A stretch of 64,000 nucleotides of DNA from Phoronis australis (lineage: Eukaryota; Animalia; Phoronida). Below the pieces are notes generated by a model. That model saw only the letters and a program-made list of their open reading frames with translations. It was not told where the DNA came from and did not search any database. Where the stretch lies: positions 506,131 through 570,130 of the forward strand of contig NMRA01000053.1 in NCBI GenBank assembly GCA_002633005.1, in the 5' to 3' direction. Positions 14,201-29,200 of this stretch are shown one piece after another. A program made the position numbers and the translations under genes. Every line of letters starts with the position of its first letter. The first letter of the stretch is position 1.

Positions 14201-17200
14201 ATTCGAAAAATTTGCATAGTACAGCTGTTATAAACAAACGCACGCACAACCTAATTTTGAAAAGTTTTGGATAGACAAGGTGCGTTTGATAAATTTGGCT
14301 CTTATTTTTTGAATTTAAAGATTGTGCCTTTTTCGCCATGTTACCTCACCGCGAAAACAGTACATAGAGTGAAAGGTCAAAATTAGTTGTACAAAAGTCT
14401 GAATTTAACACCGTATATGGAATTACTCGGTAACATAGACAAACATAATTCGATAACTCTAACCTTTCATTAGATTTGAAAAATTATGGAATTAGTGTGT
14501 TCAGAGTGATGCTCAAAACATACTGCAGCAACCAAATTCACACTTATTACCTTAAAAAATGATCGTAGATACCAATTTTCGTAATCATTACTTTAGTGCA
14601 GTTTTGCTGATAGAGGCGGATACCAAAAACAAACAGTATAAACAGTCACCAGGAGGCGGGCAATACGTCAAATCTTTTCGAAGGCAAGGAGTCGTCGTCT
14701 CCTTAATTGATACGTAGTGAAATTTCATAAAAATTCGTCAAGGAACTCCGAAGATACAGAGACAAACATAAACGTAAAAAATATAATTGATTTTAGGTGG
14801 CATACCGATAGCCGGATCCGTTCGAAAATTCCCTCATGCCGTCCCATTCATAATAGGAAGTTATCTGCAAAATTTCACGAACCTCCATCCAGGGGTTTGG
14901 AGATAAAGCAGTGAAAACCGGACGGGGATTACGGCATAATATACTCGCATATTGAATTTTGTGTGCATAAAAACAGAATGTTACAACTCAATATAGCAAA
15001 CCTTAGTCCAAACAGCTGGGCCCGGTTACAGAAAAGTTTTATACGCTGCCAGGAACATTACCTTTGTCAATTTTTGATGTCAGGAACAGTATGTTTTTGA
15101 ATAGACCACTTATCACAATAAAACCGCAGGGAAGTGATTGTTAAACTTGAGTGGAACCGAAAACTGTTGCTGCTGAAGATTGGCTTATTGGAATTGACCG
15201 ACTTGTCATTTTTGGGCTGGAACCAACATGACTAGTGAAAACAAGGCCAGTAAAAATATTACAGTCACCAAATTAATGCGTATTACCGTTCAAGTAGGTT
15301 TTTTCATCAAAATTTGAAATCCACGTTTTATTTGCAGTCTTCACAATATACCATATGTCATGTAGTGCCCTTTATTTGCTTCTTATAGTATATGCTTCAT
15401 TCATTGGTTTGTACTATATAACTTATGAAGGAGTCAGGAAAATATAAATGCAAAAAAGATAATACGTAACCCTGCACCCCTGTTCTCGCATCTAAACAGA
15501 AAAGCAAAGCAACTGAGCAAAATAGGCGAACAATGATTAACTAAGCAGATTACAGTTGCTGAAGGAAAATTAACAATAAGCGACCACAAATACCTTTGAA
15601 GACCATTCAAACTGAGTTACAGGGTTAAGTATTATCATAAAGACCAAGGAGACTTCAGTCTGATAATCCTTAAGGGAGTGTCAACAATAGGGAATTACAA
15701 GAAAAAACACTTTCAAAGTCAAGTCTTTCAAATACAGTTAATCAAGTCAAAACCCACCAAGAACATATTAATGAATGCAAAGGCAAATGTCTCTGTAAAC
15801 ATCGAGACGTTTTACCAAACATATGCGAATTACAAATTTTGTCTATATCCCCTAAAGTCATCCGCTGCAAAAGTGCAGTGACTTGACAAGGCGGATGCAA
15901 ACAGGAAGAAGGGATCACCAGTACCTGGGCCTGGTCACGCTGGATAGCAACAATGACGTCTCATCGTCACGATGACATTGTTGAGCATTGCGCCTGACGT
16001 GACGCAACAATCAAACCTATCCTGAACAAAGCTTATGGTAAGAGACAGCAACATCTGATTACATGGCAGGTGATCATTAAGGTTGCCTAGGTCACTGAAA
16101 GAACGTCAGATTTGGCTAACTCATCGGAACATCTTAGAAACGGCCAAATGGATTCGCACGAGACTCTCAGATATTATGCCTCATGTAGTGGTATCTAAAA
16201 TGCTGCTAGGGATTGTTTTCAGAAATAGTCCGTTTTTGCACGAGAGGCTATTAAGATTTTCACGAAAAAATTGCATTAGCAGCGTTTTTGGATCTCACCT
16301 TCAATATTAAAATCAAATGAAATTCGATCATGCTATTGATACCATTGTTTTGCTATCGCTGTACCTTTATTTTTCCTAACGTTTACAAGAAAGACACGGT
16401 CACATGACTCAATGAATATCAGAACTAAGAAAAAAATTCTACAGACTTTCTATTTTCTCAAAATATATACTTTCAAGGAATTAAATTTTATACTTCTGGA
16501 GAATTTGACTAAATACGTAGACATGTCCGACAACCTTAATGAGAAGTCCAATAAAGGTGATCTTAAAGTCCTTCTCTCAAACTGCCCATGTGGTTCCAGT
16601 ATCCGAAAATACTTACTAAATAAATTCTTATTTTCGACACTCTTTCTTTATATTCTTTTCGCCTTTCTTGCCAAAAGCGATTTTTTAACAGTATTTGACC
16701 CTTCTCTCTGAGCGTATGATTACCGGTTGTCATCGGTTATTTCCGTACCCACATTTCCGGCTCATCAGTTCAGGAACTTGTCCTGAACGCCGCCATTTTT
16801 TCCTTGTAACTGAATGTGCTATGGCTTGCTCGAAAAGTCTTCATTATTTTGTTTTATTAGTAATATATCGTGATTCGTTTGCATATGTAGTGTATTTNNN
16901 NNNNNNNNNNNNNNNNNNNNNNNNNNNNNNNNNNNNNNNNNNNNNNNNNNNNNNNNNNNNNNNNNNNNNNNNNNNNNNNNNNNNNNNNNNNNNNNNNNNN
17001 NNNNNNNNNNNNNNNNNNNNNNNNNNNNNNNNNNNNNNNNNNNNNNNNNNNNNNNNNNNNNNNNNNNNNNNNNNNNNNNNNNNNNNNNNNNNNNNNNNNN
17101 NNNNNNNNNNNNNNNNNNNNNNNNNNNNNNNNNNNNNNNNNNNNNNNNNNNNNNNNNNNNNNNNNNNNNNNNNNNNNNNNNNNNNNNNNNNNNNNNNNNN

Positions 17201-20200
17201 NNNNNNNNNNNNNNNNNNNNNNNNNNNNNNNNNNNNNNNNNNNNNNNNNNNNNNNNNNNNNNNNNNNNNNNNNNNNNNNNNNNNNNNNNNNNNNNNNNNN
17301 NNNNNNNNNNNNNNNNNNNNNNNNNNNNNNNNNNNNNNNNNNNNNNNNNNNNNNNNNNNNNNNNGTCTGGTCTCGATCCGCACCGGGTCCGATAGGCTGC
17401 GGTCCCGAGTCTGGCAAAATAATTTCTGTCAAAATTTATTCGCCGCATTTTTTCAGCAATTTCCATAAAATTGTCCGTAGTTTGATTTTATCAAAATTAA
17501 GGCGCGCTGACGATTTTTTTTATCCCCGTTTGCTGGCTGGTAACAGTACAGGCACTGCTCCAGTCGCACTGACGGCGTTTTCTCGGCCTGGGTTCCTGAA
17601 TGAATTGTACTTCCGGGTTCGCGGCAAGTTCAAAATGGCGGTGTTTCTTCGGGTGCGAATCGTGAGTGGCGCGTTCATTTAAACTTTTTTCGAGTACGGA
17701 TCGTGTATTAGTTATGGGGTAGGTACTTCTTGGATCCTTATAACATCTTCTAACCATGTAATAAGGGTTAACAACGCGTGAGAGAAGGACTCTTAGAAGC
17801 TCTCACTTGTAAATGTGACTGACTGAAACTGGAGTAAAACCGTACAAATGAAATGTGTGAAAATGGAGTTGGATTTCAATTAAAAAATTCTTCAAAGCAA
17901 TATAACAGCTGGTACATGATGTCAAAGACTGTTACTACCACCTGGTTTGGACTATAGGTAGAAAATTTTTAGATTTTTTGAAAGTATTGTTAGGCTGTGA
18001 AATTCAGGGCTACTATACACCAGTCTGCTGTAAAGTTATCTATCAGACAGGTGATGTGTAGACCATGAGTTGACTAAGCTGAAAGGTGCACCCAACGGAC
18101 ATAATACCTGTATTCCCAAAGTGACGTTTTTTTCTCTGAAACCACATTACATTCAGTTCCGACATTAAGAATATCATACATAGTGAAGTTAGAAATGTTA
18201 CATGAAGAATTTATAACGGAATAAAAATCCCTAGGAAAACAAGTACACGAGATCAAAGAGTATGGTAACGCCACAATAAACATCATCTGATTACTATCAA
18301 TTCATTCTGCATTGAATCAATCAGTACTTTTGCCCACGATTCCACTGTATTTGTCTCTTCCGTCACGATAAAAATGTTGCGCGCTTCATTTCCGCAAAAC
18401 TAGCAACAGGAAGATTGTGTCATACTTTCACCAAGAGACAAAATTGTAGTCAACTTGGACCAACAAATTGAATTAATTAACTCAATATTTTAATTGACTA
18501 ACACGAACCAACAAGACACTCATGCATCTTACCTTGATGTTGTCATGGTTACGTGTTCGTCCTCTGACCTGCAATACAAATGTATCTAAGAGCGGTCTGG
18601 TGGACCGTGCGACCAAGTCGGAGGCCATTGCAAACGTGGCAGTCTCTAGAGACCATATCACAGAACCATTCTTGCCGTCTATGACTACAGCCTGAAAACA
18701 GAATCACGCACTGACGTTCTTGTTCCCTAATTCAAATATCTCCACACTGAGGATCCCTCAAGGGTATTTAGAACATTAAATACTATTATAAACAGGAACC
18801 AAGTGATTGTGAAATAGCAGACAGTAATATAATTGTTATCTCTGTTACCCAGTCCTCGAAAAGAAGAAGCTGACCATAAAAGTAAACAGGATTGCATGTG
18901 GATTGTGTAATTCAAATTCCAACCCTATGAATTATTTACAGATAGCTGTTGCTATTGAGACAGAATATAGTTTTAGGATGTAATGATGACAACTAAGCCT
19001 AGTTGCTATAAGAAGACTGCCATTTCTTGGTGGTACCAGTAGTATGATTTTACAGAACTTTTTATCATGAACTGATCATTGAGTTACTGAAAGAAACTAC
19101 ATTCCATCTTTATGAATCGGACCCATCTGGTGCATACACGTTTGATATTTGAGTCATGGTCAAGGGGAAGTTGCACTGTGCTCTCACTAGACTAAAGAGT
19201 TCCGACTAATACCACAAGAAGATAATGCCGGGAATGAATTTGAGTTTAGCACGTGAATGAATTATGATCCGATATTGAGGAACCCACGAACCATCCCAAG
19301 TATGGAGTAGTCCGACACTGAAGCTCCACCTAGCAGCAGTCAAGGTATTAAGATGACTGAACACAAATGACCGGTTGATTGATTCTGTACAACAATACGG
19401 ACCCATGCCTTTCAGCAGAAAAGGTACATCAAGCGTTATATGGCATTAGCCTTGCCTTAGATGAACTGTAGTTCTTCCAAGCTCCATGATTCCAGTGTGA
19501 CGTGAAATCCAACACATCGTCATCATTAAAATACCCAGGCGCTGGTGTACTGAAAATTGAATAATACCAGGAAGAGTATGACATGATGGCCATATAGACA
19601 AAGGTTGAGAATGTCTCATCAATGAAGAATTTACTGCTATGCTGCGTCCAACAGTGAACATGTTTTCAATGTTGCTGCATGAGAAAGATTTGTAAAACTG
19701 AACATTCTACATCATGAACACAGTTGAGACTTATCAGGTTTCAGGTGCACATCTTTCCATCCACAAATTGACCTATCGCCAGGATTTTGAGTGACGGCTT
19801 AACTGACCATTTAGAACGCAGCATTATTGACACACCTTCGTTTCCAAGAGGCCATTTTACCCAACAAACAACGCGTTGCCGGGTAAAACTTATTGTTTGT
19901 TAGTCGACATTACGCAAGGGGGCGGAGTTTGCGATAGGTCAATTGCCACAAAGTTTCTTCAATCGTTCAAACTCAACACTGTGAATCATTGACCCATTGA
20001 CTGTACTCCACCACATGGTATTTCATGCGTTAAATAAAATTGTACTGTTACTGCACAGTGCCGTTTAGTTTTGGAATTAAGATATCCATTTCGTTTTAAA
20101 ATACTTTTTGTCACTTGAACATGCAACGAATCTGCAGTCTGCACCGGGGTTAGGAAGAATCCGAAGTGAGATGTGAGTTCAAAAATAGACCTCATGAGAG

Positions 20201-23200
20201 AATCCCATTTTGCCAAACTCAATGGTCGAGATTGGGAAAACGGTTCGAAAAATCTGCCGCATTGTGGTCAAAGACAAATGCAGATGCACGCAATTATAGC
20301 TCCTCTGGACAGCATAGGCTGCTGATGTCATTCTCTAGGTAATAAGATACACCTTAAACACACTGGGAGCGACAAAAGTATTTTTTAAATTTTTGTTTTA
20401 AAGTTTTAATGGCATATTTGAATAGTTCATGTAAAGAACACGTGGTTACGTTTTTAAATTTTGAAATTCGGACTAGAAATGTGACGCTTACAACGCATAC
20501 CAAAACGACACACAGAATTTCAACCGCTAGGTGGAGTTACTTTGCACTAGTACTACAGCTGTAGTACAATTGTAAGCCAGTTGAAATTTCAGATGCAAAT
20601 TAGTTTACAACTGTTCTTGGTTCAATTAGATATCAACTGGCGTCCAACCCAGGATTTCAATGGCGTTCAACTGTATTTCTACTGGCGTTCAACTGTATTT
20701 CAACTGGCGTTCAATTGTATTTCAAATGGCGTTCAACTGGCATTTCAAATGGTATTCAATTAACAAGCTCACAACTTCAGCCCTCTGAGACGTGTAGGTC
20801 AACAGGAAACAAATTTCAACTGTTGTACAACATAAACATTTGCCAACTGAAAATTTTACCTAGGCCAAATTTCAACTGCTGTATTACTAGAAATTAATCT
20901 AAGAACTTATTTCAAATTTCAACTGCTATTGAACTAGAAATTAAAATACCAACTATTGTAGAACTACTGTTTTGACAATTGTCCCAATAATGTAGGACAT
21001 CCAGCAATATTAATGAGGAACAAAATACTAGCAACTCATGAGTTTTCCATCACCAAAATAAACTTTGATTTTTTAGTTTTTTACGGTTGTACTACAGTTA
21101 ACCTACTGCTCAGTTGAATTAAACTGGGCGAAATCTAGTCAGCAGGCGGCGGTATGATTTTGAGGTAAGCCAAGGGTCATTGTACAGTTCTTGGCATTGT
21201 TGGACAGGCCATTATATGCCCTGAAAGCAGTCTTAACGAATATCCAACTGCCAGTTTATCCCAATCACTGATACAAGCAGTACATATAAGCTGAGTGAGC
21301 ACTGCAACATCAGAAGACTAACTTGTAACTCTCATGCCCAGGGAAGTTTACGTTCCACATAACGTCCAAAGTTTTGCCATCAAGCAACAGCATGACTCCG
21401 TCGAACGTTGAAACCAGAATGTCAGGGACACCATCTTTGTTCATTTCCACCAACACAGGGGGTACTATAATACCCTTAAGTTGAGCCCTGACAAGTAAGC
21501 AACATGAAATGAAATCATTGTACCGAGTGAGCGCTTTACGATTTGTACAATTAATTTATTTAGTTCACAAAAGTACAGAAATGACTATAAAACTAGGCGT
21601 GCATCTTCGAAGGAACCCACTGTTCTGAAAACCTTTAAGCACGGTCATTAATGAACTGAAAAAAATATAAACAGAGCAACACGGAGTGTTAAAACGTCCA
21701 CACGACTGCACCACAAACGGTATACTTCTAGGAATGTTCTATAGTACCGTAAAATGGTCCTTAAAGGGCGCAAAATATCTCAAGACCGTTTGTAGATGGG
21801 AATGCGTCGTCATCTCAATACAAAACTATTTGCCACATTTTCTGAAAATCCACCAATAGACTCCAAAGACACGAAAGCAAACACGTAAAACAAGTTGCCA
21901 TTACGGGACGATGTGGTAGTCGCATATGTTGATATGTTGTCAACTTGCCAAACTCAAAAAATGCCAATAGGTGTCACCACAATAATTGGACCAATCTTAA
22001 AATCCAAGTCATAGATTAAATACTAGGAGTATTTAATCTGTGTTCATGTCAGCTGTGCTCTTGTTGGTATGAAAACATATCTGGCAATTTTCATACTCAT
22101 CCTAGGGGATTAAACGGATACAGATGCAGACGAAAAAACATACTAAAAGAATAAAAATAGGTACAAAATGGCAAAGAAAACATCCAATCCATCACAAAAT
22201 GGAAAGTAGCTTGTCTGCTAAATTTCATGAAAGGCCGAGAACCGTTTAAAAAATCGTGGGCAGCCACAGTGACATTCAAAATTTTACAAATACTCTGCAA
22301 AGGATTCAGTAGCAGTAGCCATGGATGCAAAAACAAAATTACCGTTAGGGCGCCTCAGTTATCAGAACCATCCAAAAATCAATGTCATTAAGTATTCTCA
22401 TCGGGAAAACAACCACTAAGTTTGATAATGACCCTTTGGACAGCTTGACAGATAACTAAGTAGACGGCAAATGATAAAAAAGGTTAGAATACGTTGAATC
22501 CGTCCAAAAATGACAAATATCAGGAAAATCCATCGATGAACTCTAAAGAAACAGAGACAAATATAAATAAAATACACTTCTCAATAGGGGGCACATCTGT
22601 TGTTGAATTGGTCTGAAACTTGTCGTCATTCGTTGTTAGCTCCTTAGAAACACATCTGCCAAATTTCACAAAGGTCCTGCAAAGGGCTAAGACAATACAG
22701 CATGGATGCATCAAAAACATCATTAGAGGGCGCCTAGTAATTGAACCTAACCGAAAATCAACGACAGCAACTGGCTTCTCATCAGGAACCCAAGTGCCAA
22801 TTTTCAAACCAATCGTCTCAGCAGAATGGCGAATAGAAGGCGGATGCCAAAAACGGACTCAAAATTTATAAAAATAGCCTTTAAGTGGTGTCAAATAAGA
22901 AGGCATTGCTATCTACTCAACAGAAACCTGTTTCTTACAATTCATAAAAATCCATCAAGGAATTCCAATGATACAATGGGAAATTGTAAGGAGTAAAATT
23001 GGCACTACGGGACAGAGCAGTATTCAGGTCGATAAGGAGCTTGTCCTTTTTGTTGCCAGCTTCATTGGAACACATCTGCCATGTCTCATTAGAATTCTAG
23101 GAGGGATGTAGGAGATACACCCGCGGATGCCAGATGCCACAAAAAAGAATGAAGGTAACATGCACCCACGAATGTATACGTGGGCGCATAACAACGCCTT

Positions 23201-26200
23201 GATTAGTTCCAATTATCAAAAAAACTCATTTAATGACTAAACGATCAAAGTGCCATTGATTGATTTAAATAGAACAAGGTATTAAAAGGAAAACTGATAA
23301 CACATCTGAAGTATATTCTGCATTTGACAAATTGTGGAATCCCACTTTTCAAGAAGAGCCTGATGACTATATGCATGGAAGTTCCATGTGTTTCTATCAG
23401 GCGCACTTCTGATCTGACGTAACGAAGGCATACTCTACATTTTTAAGCTATGAGCAAACACCTGTATTTTTCATAAAGAACCCGACGACCATATTAATGC
23501 ATGGTGGGTTCCCATGCATTTATATCAGGTGCTTGTGGCCTGCTCAAGCCTGATGTAACGAAGACATTTGGGGGGGGGGGGGNGGGCTGCGATCTTCCTT
23601 TTAAGCCATAAGCAAGCACCTGTATATTTCATACACCCCGTCGTCATCAGGGGTTAGCTTCTCCCACTGTGGATAACTGTTTTCCGCTTTGATCGATGTT
23701 GGAACAGGATGATCACGAGACATATTGAAAACGTAGCGGTAGAAATCGGCCACAGTAATGGCATAGAGAGAACCTGCAATGTACATTTTTACAACTATGA
23801 AATATCAAGACTAATACAGCCTACGGCTTTTTATCCACTATCTCAGAAACTGGCCAAAGGAATGTTTAGAGATCAGGGACCTGTTTCATCAAAACCGTCT
23901 AAACTAACTAAAGACTTCTATTTTCACATGCAGAGTTCACTAAAGTAGTATGATCGTAGTTTTGCAATTGAAACACATGCGCACACACAGCCTTCAATAC
24001 TTCAATATGAGGGGCTCGAAGTCCTGACTTTGTGGACCTTTTGGTAACAAAAAAGCGGGCGGACTAAAAAAAAAAAAAAAAACGGAGCCACCACAGTGAA
24101 TTGCGCGTTTGCGCATGTTTAATGGATTTTTGCTCATTTTCGCGGAATTTGTCTCTCCGTCAGAGGCGGACCTTTTTGTCCACTTCGCCAAATGGGGGGG
24201 GGGAGGGGGCTCGTTCAAGCCCTCCGAGCCCCCCTGGGTGTGCGCATGAAACAAAAGCAACGTAAAATGTTGAAATACACCCACGACTGCACTGCAAAGG
24301 GAAGGCTTCTGAGGCTGGTTATCATCATCATCATACAATGTTTATTAGATAGTTCAGAATACGTCAAACTTGTTGAAAATGGAAAGGTGCCATTGCCTCC
24401 TGAAAAGAAAATAATTGCCAAATTTCACGAAAATCTGACCAAGAACTCCAAAGATTACGGAGGGGTACGTCAAAAAACACGAATTGCCATGAGGAGACCA
24501 AGAAATAGTTCTATCCAACGAAATAAATAGGAATGCATTTTCAAAACTTCAAAACGATCTTGTAAGGGACAAGGAGACAAAATACACGCCACGAGGGAGC
24601 AGCATAGTAATTGGACACATCTGAAAATCCATGTCAGTCATTTTCTTGTCAGGAGCACATCCGCCAATTTTTCATAATGATCCTCTGAATGTTTTGGCGT
24701 ATACAGAGGCAGACGGCTCAAAGCTAACAAAAAAGACTGACTACCACGACTTTGCATTCTGGCAGGTGATATCAGCACAAGACTTTTATTCGGCATAAGA
24801 AATATGGTGCTCATATCAAACAGTTTCTACCTGGGACTGTCTCACCACCACTGCCAAACAGAATGACTGGAGTGCCGTCTGCCCAGTGATGTAATACCGG
24901 TGGCATGTATGTCTCTTTGCTTTCAGGAATACTGTAGTATCGATGGCCAATGATAGTGCCGTGTGCACCAGATATAAGGAAGAGCCTTCCTGACCGACGA
25001 TCATGGTCCTGCGCAAATGTATAGGATATAAGTTATTTAGCTTAGGACACAATATGAGAGAGAAGTATAATTGTATTTTGTAAAGATTTTCGACGACACC
25101 AAGTATTATAGTTCCGCGAACAGCCAATTAGGTCAAGCCGAGATCGCAAAAGTTCAAACTAAAACATATTAATTTAACAGCAGTGAGCCTTATTGTGGAA
25201 GCAATCAGTAAACTCCATTCGATTCATGGGCACTTTCATGTAATTAGGAAGGCCACACGCCAACCCAAACACGAATCAATTATGGTTCTCACAGATGGCG
25301 CTGCATGATGCTAGAAGAAAGCTTAACTTTGTTACAAGCATGGCTTGCACTGCATAGCTATTAGTGATTGATTATTGGTAAACCTCGCACAGCAAAGTAA
25401 TGAAACCACTGGTAAACACAAAAAATACCAATTTCAGCAATTGCTCTTTTCAAACTGAAGAAGTAAGTAACAAATAATTTACAACTGTTTCCATGTGGAA
25501 CACAATCTTTCTTCGCCTTCTTTCAGTGCAACTACACGAAGACAAATTCTTCATCTTACGAATAGAAAACCCTACTTTTAATATTTGGGAGTAAAAAAGT
25601 CTCCGATGACACTGACCTCTGGTGCATAGCTTGGGTCTCCTCCGTGAGCCATAAGCAGATCAGGAACATTATCATTGTCAACGTCAGGTAAAATAGCAGG
25701 AGCAAAAATGTTCCATGACTTCTCCAAACCTTTACGCTCTACGTGCCACAAAATTTTTCCTGAAAAATGAACGTGCTGGTAATAAGGTGGGCGTGGACAC
25801 AAAACTTCCTGTCATGAATGGATACAGGGTTTGTGGAAAAGATAGGTCATGGCTAAATTTCGCTCAAAGAGTATCTCAAGAGCTTGAGACTTCCACTGAA
25901 TTAGGTTAGATTTTTCTTCAGATTTACACTAAATTGTATTTTTAGGAAACTTCCAACTTACAACTCAGTTATTTTGAAAATCCTAATATATGCAAGTTCT
26001 CCAGCAACAATTACTGAAAATTACTGTTTTAAAAAACACAACATGAGTACAAGCCAAAGATTTGTTCATAAGGGTGTGTACATCAATTCAAATGGCTACA
26101 AAATTTACCCAAGATGGCACAGGAAAATTAAAACCGTACATATTTTGTAAATATGATCCAATCATAGACTTTTGCAAAGTTTTGGTAAACTGTACTGCTC

Positions 26201-29200
26201 TGGGTAAAAAGTGAGCGAGATAAAATGTGACAAAAGGTTCATGTAAGTAAAAACTCCCTGCCATGTTTAAATAAACAAAAGTGACAACCAGAGCTAAAAC
26301 AATGCTGTTATTCTGCTGCTACCAAAATCACAAAATTTGAAATCTAATAATACAAATGAACTCCAATCTGTAGTGTATGTGCAACAAACAAGGAATAATC
26401 TGTACAGAAATTTATTGCCAACAACAAAATGCAGCGACAGGTTTGTGCACGTGGCTTAAGCCTACTGACGACAACAGCGGGAAGTGATGCAAGCAATGAC
26501 GATTACAGTAATACACTTTCTTTTAAACGAACTAAAGGAACAAGGTAGGTGGAAGGTCAGGCATTCTACATATTTGTATTAGCTGTAAGTTCATATAAGG
26601 TTTTACCAATAAAAAGCTTCGTAATTTTACCAAGAACATTCGTCAGTTTTTTTATGCTTTTGTCTTGTACAGCCAGCTGGCAGGCCACCTACCATGCAGT
26701 TATCAGAACAAAACGGTCTCTCGCATAAGACTAGCGCTACCACCTTATTCAGCTCCACATTGTCATGGTCAATTGAGTGCTCCCCCAGGACATTCCTAAG
26801 GAGTAAACACCAGTAATATGAAACTAGCAGAAATGAGAATCACCACACACTGCTCGAGACTCACCATTCACTGGATTGACAGCTGTCATAGTAGAAATCC
26901 TTCCAGCCAAAAGACAGTCATCTTTGCCATCTCCATTGATGTCAATTCCTTGACACACAATTTCAAATACGATGGAGTCGATGTAAGTACGCCACAGTTC
27001 CTTACCATCATAGCCACGGAGTCCAACGACGGCACCATAGCACGGTCGGGTCATGCCTACGGAGATACAAGAATCTAAGTACACAGATAAAACACTTAGC
27101 AATACCTCTAACAAAGACATATCTGTAACAAATTTGCATGCCAAGAAGTTCCAAACAGATCATCACTAACACAGAAATTGCCGCGCTAAAGAATATTTAG
27201 AACCTGTGATAGTTACAGTATCACCAAGTTCTCTTGGCACTTTCAAATGAATAGTATTCATTTCAGTTGCAATAAGACTGCCTTCTGATTCAGACCAGTT
27301 ACAGTACCGATAGTGGTCTCGAGTTGTTCCCTACTGAAAGGTGATTTCTTAACATGGCAAGTACAAATACTTGTAACGGCACGTCATTTTGTCCACACAG
27401 TGTAATCTCAAGCAATATCTAGGAGTCAATTCATCCCCAGGGTAGAAACCACTTCTCCCTAGTAAACAATTGAATCCAGTTTCATTTATAGTCGACATAT
27501 GTCCCGAAATAATAGATAAATGATACGTGCGTCGCAAGCTCTTTACCAGAGATGAAAAGGAGACCGAGGTAGGCGATATAAGGTTATATATTATGACTAA
27601 TACAATTACAATATAATGAACACAGATAAGTAACATAAAAATGGTAATCTCTGGTAAGATGGGAAATAAAAAGGCGCCACAAGAGATGTTGTAAGACAGC
27701 TCATGTCCATCCCCAAGGACGCACAAGAGGAGATAAATGAAAGGAAAGAGGTGCAGGACTACTTCCAATTCTGTCAGCCGGATACCCAACCCTAACTCCA
27801 GGTGCCAAACCGGAGGGGAGGTACGATTGCCCAGGGCTGGGACAGGTGCTGGTGTTGTCTCATCCCGTGCCGTGGCAGGGAGAAATGAATATTGATAACA
27901 CAAAAAGTGGTAGGGAACGAAAATATGATACAACAAACTAAAACTTTAGCTAGAACTTAAAAAACAGTGAAAATCGAGAAACGTAAGAAACATGGAAGGA
28001 GCGATATGGAAATGCAAATGAAACGGAAGAGAAACTAAAAAATAAAAGACAATAAACAACAGAATCAAAACGGCTAACAGAGAATAACAAAATAGCTAAC
28101 ATAATAGAAATAAAGCTAACAATAATTTAACGTAAGCAGGTAGAGCAACAAGGTAAAGTCATATGAACACAAAATATAGCTAGATGCCTAAAAAAATGGC
28201 TAACAGGGAGTAGATACGGACTAGTAAGGCAACCCTAAGAAATAAAAAATAAACTACAAATGAGACTAACAATGTACGGATACGAAGGGATGGTGTTAAT
28301 GGGGAAGGTGCAGGCAATACTGACACCGGGGATATGAGTGGTGAGGAAAAAACGGACCAGGGGAGGGAAGAGGCGCAGGCAAAACGGAGACCAGAGTGAG
28401 AGGTGCAGGCAATGGTGACACCTGAGGGGAGGTAAAGGGTGGTGTGGGGAAGGAGGGGGATGGGGGAAACAAGAGATGGAGAATTGGAGGGGAAATTAGG
28501 GACGAGATGGGGGGAAAACTGACATGCGGATGCAGCCCTTGACGGCGTCAGACTTCCATTCCACGAACTACCATTTCTAAAATACTTCAGTTCATTATAC
28601 GCAGGAGCAACAAACTTTAAACATGCAAACCACCGCACATCTCCAAAAATGAAAAAAAATGTAACAAAAACCACTAACCATATCTCCTACAAAATTTTTC
28701 AGCAGTTTCATCAGTCTGTAAGTCCTTTATTTCGAGCGGTCGATGGATAAATACCACAACATCACTTCTGCCATCGTCATCAATGTCAACCACACGGTAT
28801 GCCTTCGTTACTAGATTAAGAGAAAGCATTGAAATCAACTGGCTACATTCATTACCAAGTCAAATTTCTTAAATTACATAAGTTTTAAATGAACATATCT
28901 CTAAAACTACATGTTTTTAAAATCCTTTATGACCACAGACTGTTAATATGTCACAAAAGTAATGACCAGATGTTCCTAATCACGTGACTGCATTTTTCTA
29001 AAACATCTAAAATTTTTACGCACATCGCACCAATTTGTCACACAAAATTCGAACATTCCGTTTCTTTATTCTGTTAGCTACGAAAGTGTATTTGAGTTTT
29101 TATATTAGGGCCTTTTTGATCGAGAACAGGCAACACGTAGCCCCTCGGTTGACCATATAGGGTCTACAATACTTCCATTCGCTTTCTGTATTCATTTCGT

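Noticed and set aside
16695-17468. Four long ORFs of 179-257 aa
   Set aside because: They are artefacts of translating through the N gap.
17365-17770. CpG-rich promoter-like block with ETS/YY1 motifs
   Set aside because: It is intronic, abuts the gap and ends GGG-TTAA like a piggyBac-type terminus, so it is more likely transposon sequence. The other end cannot be confirmed.
20575-20960. CRISPR-like repeat array
   Set aside because: The units are degenerate with no constant repeat-spacer period, no cas genes are present, and the context is eukaryotic.
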